Assembly: GCA_049424145.1 (NCBI GenBank)
Contig: JBMSSC010000057.1
Location: forward strand, 1-16,523
Length of the DNA stretch: 16,523 bases
Direction: 5' to 3'
Origin: Bdellovibrionia bacterium
GTDB taxonomy: Bacteria > Bdellovibrionota > UBA1018
How positions within the stretch are numbered: position 1 is the first letter of the stretch; every line of letters begins with the position of its first letter. This document shows positions 1 through 8,800 of the stretch, piece after piece. The notes beneath the pieces were generated by a model that ran no database searches, was not told where the DNA came from, and saw nothing but the letters and a program-made list of their open reading frames with translations. The position numbers and the translations under genes were made by a program.

Positions 1-53
1 GAGTTATAAAGAGCTGAACCAATAACTAAAGTTGCGATGATGTTGAATAGCAT
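1..53 (-). CDS. 5' part of a hypothetical protein running off the window edge (MLFNIIATLVIGSALYN...), hydrophobic N-terminus
   Basis: ATG at 53-51 with an open frame to base 1. It has an A-rich upstream region without SD and lies just downstream of a Bacteroidota-type promoter. Not in the ORF track because it is truncated. Confidence 0.55.
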   Translation of the reverse strand, partial: MLFNIIATLVIGSALYN

Positions 54-74
54 ATTTTCTCTGATTTGATATAT

Positions 75-104
75 CAAAGATACAAAAAATATTTCATTTT
101 TCAA
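75..104 (-). promoter_or_regulatory. Bacteroidota-type primary sigma promoter (-33 TTG / 19 nt / -7 TAnnTTTG)
   Basis: Minus strand reads TTG(104-102)-aaaaatgaaatattttttg(19 nt)-TATCTTTG(82-75), matching the known Bacteroidota consensus in sequence and spacing. It lies 21 nt upstream of the ATG at 53. Confidence 0.7.
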
Positions 105-327
105 TAGATTTTTTGAGAATTTCTATCTTTTTTTTAACTTCTTTTGCTCTTTCTTTTTGTTGCTTAATGAAGTCTTTATACATAGAATCAATGTCTAACT
201 TATTCTCATAATATCTTATGTTTCTTATAGCTAAGTTTATCCAAAAGAAATCAACCTCGGATGATAATCCATCTAATTCTTTTTGAAGATTCCAAATTTT
301 GAACTTAATATACCATCTGCGAAACAT
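94..327 (-). CDS. Hypothetical 77-aa protein, Lys/Glu-rich helical C-terminus, phage-like
   Basis: ATG start, AT-rich codons (TTA, AGA, AAA), co-oriented with neighbours and 22 nt from the upstream gene, no SD. No recognisable motif. Confidence 0.7.
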   Translation of the reverse strand: MFRRWYIKFKIWNLQKELDGLSSEVDFFWINLAIRNIRYYENKLDIDSMYKDFIKQQKERAKEVKKKIEILKKSIEK

Positions 328-349
328 AAGGTATATATTAAGTTTAACA

Positions 350-1207
350 TTAATTTAAAACATTATTCAATCGATTATCTCTTACTCTCTGACTAACTAA
401 AGACCGAAGTTCTTCTTCTCTTTCTGGATAGTGACGAGATAAACACATTGGTTCAAAATCCATATTCTTCTCTAATATAGGCTTAACTTCTTTTTCAAAC
501 TGACCATTGTGTCTCCATTTCTTTGTAAAATCAGAAGCTCTATCAACAACCACACCACCACCGGTTTGGAACTTCCAAAATCTAAATAAAGAAAGTGACT
601 TGATTAAAACCATTTGCTCAAAATTTACAACTTCATCTTGAACACCTAATGGTCTAAACTCTCTATTGTAAATATAAATAGCATCAGCTATCATATAAAA
701 GAATAACTCTACATACTTAATACTTGCTTCTAATAAAGTCTCTCTTACATTAGTATCAAATGGTCTACTTCTTTCCCAATCATCTTTAGCCGCTTTCATT
801 AAATACTGACATTCATCATAATAATGTTGAGACATCTTAAACTGAGAATACTTATCAAAGATATACTTGTACTCTGTAGGATATAAATATTCACCTGACC
901 AATCTACTTCATCAAGTAACTGTTTAAGTGCTTTTAATTCTTCTTTAGTTGGTTTAGTTAAACCATGTTTCATAAACCAATCCTTACGAGATTTAATCTT
1001 ATGATTATCCAATTCAGACCAATCTAATTGAACTACTAAAAGTTCTTTTACCTCACGATTTGCATCATCGTTTGTAACCTTATCTATAATTTTTAACTCT
1101 GGAAATTTCATTGAAAGCGTCATTGTTCTTGGTGCCCTTTTAGTAGGGTTTTTAATTTCATACAGAACCGACGCATTTGTTTTTAAATGAGGTTTTTTCA
1201 CAATCAC
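350..1207 (-). CDS. Hypothetical 285-aa protein, phage-like; 5' end lies at the compositional junction
   Basis: 858-nt open frame in about 28% GC DNA, which is unlikely by chance. GTG start preceded by GGAGGG. No family recognised. True start uncertain. Confidence 0.75.
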   Translation of the reverse strand: MIVKKPHLKTNASVLYEIKNPTKRAPRTMTLSMKFPELKIIDKVTNDDANREVKELLVVQLDWSELDNHKIKSRKDWFMKHGLTKPTKEELKALKQLLDEVDWSGEYLYPTEYKYIFDKYSQFKMSQHYYDECQYLMKAAKDDWERSRPFDTNVRETLLEASIKYVELFFYMIADAIYIYNREFRPLGVQDEVVNFEQMVLIKSLSLFRFWKFQTGGGVVVDRASDFTKKWRHNGQFEKEVKPILEKNMDFEPMCLSRHYPEREEELRSLVSQRVRDNRLNNVLN

Positions 1208-1223
1208 AAAAGGCGCCCTCCGC

Positions 1224-2468
1224 TTATTTCCGTGTCATTTCGGGATGAGCCGAAATAAATCCTTCTAAACGCCTCACCAACTCGCTGGATTCTGTGGAGT
1301 CATCCAGCGCAAAGATCAACTCCACTCGACGATCCAGGTGCCAATAGGAGTTGCCCATGAACTGAGACAGTGCATGTTTCTCAGCAAAAGCTTTTACTTT
1401 GACTCGCTTTAAAAGTTCTTCCTTCAGACCCAACTCACCTAAGACAGCGTTGGCTCTTTTTTCAGAGAGAGCTAAGTTATAGGCGCGCTCTCCTCGGGGA
1501 TCGGTATGAGCCACGACCTCAAGAGTGGTGATCGGTTTTCCGGACTCATTTAAGAGCTGACCGAGCTGATTTAAAAGGGACTTCAGGTCTGACTTGAGTT
1601 CGCTTGAGTCGGTTTTAAAAAAGACCTTAGGAAAATCCACCACAAAACTTCGCTCCAGCTTAGGTTGTGGACTCAAGAGGGAATCCCGACGTTCAGCCTG
1701 TGACTTCCGCTGAGCCTCATGAAACAGTGGAATCTGAATCCCCACTTGCGTCATCCAGACACGATCCGCCAGGGGCGAAGGGTTGGATGAAACACTCATC
1801 CTCAAACGAACCGGAAGCTCTGCGATTTGGGTGTCATATGCCACACCCAGACCTAAGAAGGTTTGGGTGTTGGCGGGGCCATGGTTTGAGGAAAATGACG
1901 TATCCGCACCAAAAAATTGAGAGATGTGGGGTCCTAACTGGAAGCTTGAAGAGAGACGATAACGGGGATTGAGCTCCAGCGACGAAAACAGAGCACTGTT
2001 TTTAGCCTGGGTTGCCCAAGGGGTTTTTCCAGTCGTGTAAAAGTAATTGAGATTTAGCCCAAGGTCGATGACCCATGAATCCAGCTGCAGCGATCCGATT
2101 GCTCCCAGTTGGGTTGAAAAGATCTGGGCCGATTGAAAGGATTTTCCCTCGGAGATCCATCCGTATCCACCTCCAAAATTTCCATAGAAATCCAGGAGAT
2201 TTCTTTTCTCTGGAATCACACTGGATTTCATTTCTCGGGAGCCGGACGGCAAGATGGACAGCTTTGAGGCGGACTGAGGTCCTTTTGTGCGATTTCCAGA
2301 CTGAGGCTTAAGTGGGATCTGAGCCCAACCGGGGCTTGATCCAAATCCAATGAACGCACCTAAGACCCAGACGCTGACCATGCCCGAGGAATGCAGAGGA
2401 ACCCAAGCAGAGCCCTGAGCCAAACGGCTCTCTCTTGAATCTCTCTTTTTTTCTTTCATTGTTCTCAT
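1224..2468 (-). CDS. OmpA-family outer-membrane protein (N-terminal beta-barrel plus C-terminal peptidoglycan-binding OmpA_C domain)
   Basis: AAGGA SD before the ATG and a signal-peptide-like segment ending ...SPGWA. Alternating beta-strands end in VWMTQVGIQIPLF. C-terminal motifs VFFKTDSSEL, AHTDPRGERAYNLALSEKRANAV and DRRVEL match OmpA_C (GHTD..G...YN..LS..RA..V, NRRVE). Confidence 0.9.
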   Translation of the reverse strand: MRTMKEKKRDSRESRLAQGSAWVPLHSSGMVSVWVLGAFIGFGSSPGWAQIPLKPQSGNRTKGPQSASKLSILPSGSREMKSSVIPEKRNLLDFYGNFGGGYGWISEGKSFQSAQIFSTQLGAIGSLQLDSWVIDLGLNLNYFYTTGKTPWATQAKNSALFSSLELNPRYRLSSSFQLGPHISQFFGADTSFSSNHGPANTQTFLGLGVAYDTQIAELPVRLRMSVSSNPSPLADRVWMTQVGIQIPLFHEAQRKSQAERRDSLLSPQPKLERSFVVDFPKVFFKTDSSELKSDLKSLLNQLGQLLNESGKPITTLEVVAHTDPRGERAYNLALSEKRANAVLGELGLKEELLKRVKVKAFAEKHALSQFMGNSYWHLDRRVELIFALDDSTESSELVRRLEGFISAHPEMTRK

Positions 2469-2848
2469 CGACTCATCCTTCCCAAACCTCTGAAATCAAA
2501 CGATCGGAATGCTGCTAGTTCGATTCCCGATTAAAACGGTCTATTAATTACATCAAGTCATAGATTTTGTAAATACATATTGTTTTTTAAATTTAAAGCA
2601 GAAAAATTCCGAAACTCTTCCGTGGGAGAGCCGATTCTTTAGAGATCAAATAAAAGGATCGAACTACATGAATTCTTTATTCTTTATTAATTTTTTACTA
2701 AATAAAAATTATTTTAAATACCCAGTAGTCAATAGATTCAATAAGTGACATAATTAATCAGGTATTCAGGTTTTAGCCAAGGCAACCCATTTTTAAAGAT
2801 CGATCCAACGGTGAAAACCCGTGGGATTGGGGAGAAAGAATTAGATCC

Positions 2849-5800
2849 ATGAACACAAAGGAACTCAACCAGCAGATCAAACCTAAGCCAAGCTCGGTGA
2901 AGCTGACCCATCCACCGATCGCAACGGGGCTTCGTTCCTCCCCAGATTCTGGCCCACTTCATTCTGGGTCCTCTCAACGGACTCCCCAGCCGGTCCCAAA
3001 ACTCTTGCAATCTTTCATTGCGTGCGTGAGTCTCAGCCTTGCTCTCAGCGGGTGCTTTGGAGACTCCCAGCAGCGCGACGGCTACACTCAGGTGACAATT
3101 GATGGCGGAAGTGCACACCCCAAAGGATCCATGCGCAGACAAGCCTCCCCTCAAAACACCTCTCTGTTGGATCGGAATTCGTTTGAAGCCAACTCCCTGA
3201 TCAAGCTCCCGGGTGGTCTCATGGTTTACTTCCAAGGCATCAATGGAACGGACAATTCCTATGGGAACTATATTTCTGATGAAAATTCAACCACGTCATT
3301 TAGCATCAAAAACGGAAGCTACCGAGCATTTGCCTTCGGATACACTTCAGCAGGAATCATCAATGCCGGTGGAGCCAGTCAAATTCAGTGTGGGATGGGC
3401 ACAGGAAGCGACGGATCAAACTTGATCCAACTGAACGGAACGGAACAAACCATATCCTTTATTCTCAACTATGCAGGATGCTCCGCCTTCAATCAGTTTA
3501 ACACAGGAAACGCATCGAATCCCATTGCCCCGCTCCAACTGAGTACGTGCTCCAAAGTTGATCCCTCCACTTTCTGTGCTTCTCCAAGTCGAGCAGGAAC
3601 CGTCAAAAGCGCCTATGTTCGACTTCAAACCTTTTCGCGTGAAGGGGGAGCTGTTCAGTTCAACTCCGACTCCCTGAACGCCATTCCTGGCATGACGGTT
3701 CAATCTGGGTGTATTTCCCTAAACAGTTCATCAAACTCTTTTTTCATTCCCTCAGGAAGCTCAGCCCATGGTTTCATGACTCCCGTTCCATTTTCAATTG
3801 AGGGGTACACGACACTGGGATGCTCAGGAAGCACTCCGGGACGCTACTTCATTGGGCCGAACCTCATCACCACCACCACGTCCATCATCGGCCCCAATGG
3901 AAGCCCCCCGGATTTAAACGGAGGCATCGCCTCCGCACTCGAACCGATTTCCAGTGGTCCAGGAACCTATTCATCTCTAAAACTTCACTTACGGGACTTT
4001 TCCACCGAGGGGATCATCTCTCCTCCTGCAGTGACTACACCGGGAGCAAGTCCTTACTACTCCAACCTGCATTCCCTCCCTTTAACTCTGAGCTGTCTTA
4101 CAGGAGGAACCGTTTCTATTGTGCCTAATGCTCCCTCAGGCAGCACTTTGAGCCTAAGCCCAGCGGCTCCCATGACTTGCCCAGGAACGGGACTCCTGAC
4201 CTATTCCCTCACCGCTTCGGGGGACGGAAATTATAGTGTGAGTTTCTATCAAGTGGACTCCTCAGGAAACCTCTCAGGCTCGAGTTCCTTTCAATGGATG
4301 GTGAGCCAAACACTCCCTTCTGGGCTGGCGATCACATCCCCCGCACCTCTTGTTCAAAGTCCTTCGCCCAACTCATTCACCACCGCAACTGGCTCCTCTC
4401 TTCAAATCCAAGGAAATAACTGTCAAAATGGAGCTGTCGTTTACCTCTACGGGCCTCAGAATTTAACCACCACCTGCTCCTTAGGAACTTTTACCTTCCC
4501 CTCGATCACACAAACCACGCCAGGGACTTATTCCTACTCCCTCACTCAGACCGACCTGTATGGAAACACCTCACCATCAACCCCTTTCACCTGGATTGTC
4601 AGTCCGCCCTCCGTATCGCCTCCTGCACTCAGCGCTGCCTCACCAGGAACCCTGATCACTACGCCCACAAACACCCTTTACTCCAACTCAAATTCTCTGA
4701 ATCTCTCAGGGACTTGTGAGATCGGAGCTACAGTCACACTGACGCTTCCCCCTCAAGTGACTCTGAGCTCAGGTAGCCTATCTCTTAGTTGTGCCACGGG
4801 GAGTTTTTCCTACAACCTGACCTCCACCACGGATGGTTCCTACTCCCTCAGTCTGACTCAAGAAAAAAATGGTGGCGTTTCATCAGCCACAATACTCACC
4901 TGGAGTCGCAACACGATCGGCCCAAGCCCTGTGACCCTCAACACACCGTCGCCACTCAGCTCAACGCCCTCCCCAAACTCCTACACCTCTGTTTTAGGCT
5001 CTCCAATTACCCTCTCTGGCGTTTGCCAAAGCAACACCCAAGTCTCACTTTTTCGCGGAGGCAGTCTCCTGCAGTCGCAGACTTGTAATGGAGGCAGCAA
5101 CTTCACTTTTTACTCCATCAATGAAACTGAGCCCGGCTCTTACTCCTATTCGCTTGAGCAGACCGACCTCTTTGGAAACAAATCATCCCCCACTCCCTTC
5201 AACTGGAGCGTCACCCCTCCCCCTGTGACCCTCACCTCAACCTCTGAAAAAGGAGCCCTGACTGTAGGAATTACCACTGTCTTGTCCAACACCGCATCTC
5301 TTAGCATCCAAGGGACCTGCAGAATTGGATCGTCCGTTGAACTCTCCGTCGTTCCAGCTGCAATCGTCTCTCCAGCGGGGGCTCAGTCGTGCGCCACAGG
5401 GAATTTCTCATACACCGTTTCACCTTCAAGCGATCAGATCTACACCCTGAGCTTCACTCAATTCGCAAATGGCATTTCATCCCCCTCCCGATCTTTGAAC
5501 TGGGACCGAAATACAACCATTCCCCCTTCGCCCTCGGTGAGCGCTCCAAGCCCTTCTTCTTACTCCAGCAGCGCAGGCACTTCTCTCACTCTGACAGGCA
5601 CTTGCCAATCGGGACTAACCGTTTGGATCTACGGAGCCTATAATGCCCAAGTCTCTTGTCTTTCCAGCTCCTTCTCTTTCACTCTTCCTAATCAGTCTTC
5701 AGTTGGCTCCTATACCTACCAGATCAAGCAGAAAAACTCCTATGGAACTGCTTCTCCTTCTATCCCGTTTACCTGGAACGTCACCGCAGCTAGCCCCCAG

Positions 5801-8800
5801 CAGATCCTCATTCAAAGCGGAAACAATCAAACCGGAGCCATCAATACCCCTCTCACTGATAGTTTTCAGGTTTTGATCAAAGACCTCTATAACAACCCAG
5901 TACCCTCCCAGGGAGTCACTTGGGCCATTATCCAAGGCAGTGGATTGCTCAGTCCAATCAACAGCACCACGGACTCTGCAGGGCTAGCCTCGACTCGCCT
6001 GACTCTAGGCTCCACCTCAGGCACCTATCAGGTCACAGCTACCGTGCCCGGACTCTCTCCCGTAACCTTCTCAGCCCAAGCGAGTGCCGGCATCGTCTGC
6101 TCCCCTTCCGCTCAGACTGTGCTGACCTCCACCTCAGCCTTGAATTCACAAATTCTTCATATCGAGGGTTCAGGAGCTTCCCACTTCAATTGGTGGTCAT
6201 CCTCTCTTGGAACCCCCAGTAGCGCTCTCCCCTCAGTCACCTCTGGTTCCCTGACGGTCTCTTGGAATGAGGTCGCTACAGGCACCTCCACCTATCACGT
6301 GTTACCCGATGGAAGTGCGTCAGGCTGTAGCTTTGTGGTCACTAAAAATCAACCACCCAGCATTTCCTTAGTCTCACCCTCACTTGAAGCTCTTCCTGCA
6401 GGAAAACCCTATCGAATCTCAAGGATTGGCTCCCTCAGTGTCGAGGTATCAGGCTCGGAGTCTGACAACCACCCTCTGAGCTATGAATGGTTTCTTGATG
6501 AAACTGCTGCGCCCCCAGAGTACAACTCATACCAGATCAATTTTCAGCCCAGCACCATTCAATGGGTCACGCTAGGAGCTCACACCCTTTCCGTTCGGGC
6601 CTTCGATGGCTATGAATACTCAAACCCTCTCCAACTCCCGATTTTCATCAACGCCTTCTCCCCCGCTTGCAATGATTTATTCAACTCCCCCATTTCCCCA
6701 GACGCAAAAACCTGCACCCTCGTCGGTCAATCTCAAATCGGAGATGGGGAGATCATCAATCCGAACTGGGATGGCCCTCAATCCCCATCTAAGGTACGAA
6801 TCAGCCCCTCCCATGTGATCGCAGACAACCAAGGAAATTTGATTGTCGCCGACTCTGCAAGCCACGTCATTTGGTTCTGGAACCGCACGGGCTCCCTTGT
6901 GAACCGCTGGGGCATGATCATTCAACCCCAGCAACTCAAAGTCATTGTTGGAAACGGAGCAAGCGGAAGAACTCGCGACAACGCAATCAACACGCAAGCG
7001 AAACTCAACTCACCCTCAGGCCTAGCCTACCAGAGCTCAACGGATGATCTGTTCATTGCTGACTCGGGCAATAACCGGGTTGCAAAACTCAGTGGTGCTG
7101 ACGGAAAACTCTCGACTGTTTTAGGACAAAAACCTGATGGTGGATCCACTCCAACAAACTCGACAACAGGAAACTCAAATGGAAGCCCAGGAATTCAACA
7201 TTACTGCGAGTTTCCATCCGACGTCAAACTGATCAATTCTGATCTCTATGTGGCTTGCCAAGGTTCTCATACCATTAAGAAGGTCAATCTGAATGATACC
7301 AACTACGCCACGACTATCCTGGTGGGCGCACTCAAAAATGGTAAATCGTATCCTTCGCTGGCCGATGGCCCCGTTGCTCCTAGCCTGATGACAAGCGCAG
7401 AGTCAGGAACCTTTGCTCCCTCCTCATTGGATACCGATTCACAGGGGAATCTTTACTGGAATGACGCAAGCAATCGAATTCGAGTGGCGAACCTAGGGAG
7501 CACGTCTTCTCTCAGCCTCTGGGGTGGAAGTTCACTTGCATCCACTAGTCCTGCTCTCCCCTCGATCAGTGCCGTTGTTGGGACACTCTCCATCAATCAC
7601 CTAGGGACACCCATGCTGAGTATTCCTTCCGGAGGAGGGGGAGGTGCCGGTGTCACGCCGAGCATCGGGATGCGAGTGATCGGCCCCGGACTGGAGCGAA
7701 ACACAACCATCACGTCCATGACGACCTCTGGGGTAAACACGATCCTCGAGCTCAATCCATTGATTCGCGCCAATAGCTTCACATCCATCGGCCCAATCAA
7801 AATTCCCCTGATTCTTCAACAAACCACAAGCACCCCTGCCGTCACGGGAGTTTATTTCTCAAGCACGAGCTCTGGAGAAATAAACTCGCTCTCTTCAGGG
7901 AGTATCGTTCAACCGATTGCCTATCCCGGAGCCACTTTAGGGACACTTTCAGCTGAAATCATCGGAGCAGGCCGATCCATTGTCACAGGAAGCTGCCAAT
8001 CCTTTGTGGTGATGTTTCAAAAAGGAGGCCTTGCTACGGCAAATACGAGCGGGAATGATTTAACGGTAACCATGTCAGGAGTAGGACTGAATCTGCCCTC
8101 GGAGATCTATCTTAACGCATCCTGCACAAATACGGCCATTTCTGGAGTCGGATCATTTACAATTCCCTACGCTCAAATCTCAGGTAAATCATTTGTTCAA
8201 TTCTCATTTCAAAATCTATCAGGGAGCGGGACTCTCCTTTCGCTATCAGTGTCAGGTGCTGGACTGGGTACGCCAAGAAACCAGAATTTTCCCGTCAGCT
8301 CAACGGTACCGTCAGGCACTCTTTCTCCTTTTGTGAATTCCTATACCAATCCTTCTCACCTCTCTCAGGAATGCCTACCGATTCTCGTCAGGCTGTCAAA
8401 TTCCTCAGGCTATTTGGCAAAACCCCAGAGCTCCTTTTCAGTCAAAGCAATTCACAATGGCATTGGAAGCTTCTACTCCGATCCAAGCTGTGGAACTCAG
8501 AATTCAAGTTTAACTTTTGGAACCACTGAGTTTGAAAAAATCATCTACTATAAATCGACAGCGATTGCCGCCCCCAATCATACGGTGAGCTTTGTTGGAA
8601 CCTCAAACCGGGAGTTCTCTTCTGAACTGGGCGATCATTCCTTCCTGCTGTCCAACGCAGGTCCATTTGAAATACCTGTGGATCGAAAATCTTCGATCAG
8701 TGTGAAGCGGAATACAGCAACCGTGGAACTGGATGGAATCTTCATCACCCGGCCTATCCAGAATCAGATCCTCTACTTGAATCACACCTCCTCAGCTGTC

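Noticed and set aside
2231..2240. Partial match (TTTCTCG) to the predicted TnpB guide inside ompA
   Set aside because: Only 7 contiguous nt match, which is expected by chance. No self-target is supportable in this window.
1667..2311. Plus-strand ORFs of 101 and 78 aa
   Set aside because: Antisense shadows inside ompA with no recognisable motifs.
2775..2835. GGCAAC...GAAA hairpin considered as a c-di-GMP-I riboswitch
   Set aside because: Lacks the GGCAAAC/GAAA/GACGCAAAG arrangement and second stem. Only a simple hairpin is supportable.
2738..3235. 165-aa minus-strand ORF overlapping the start of the giant gene
   Set aside because: Mostly antisense to a well-supported CDS, with no motif or convincing RBS.
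3820..4128. 102-aa ORF with a His run (HHHHHVHH)
   Set aside because: Frame-shifted reading of the ATC-ACC-ACC-ACC (ITTTT) codons of the giant gene, not a metal-binding peptide.
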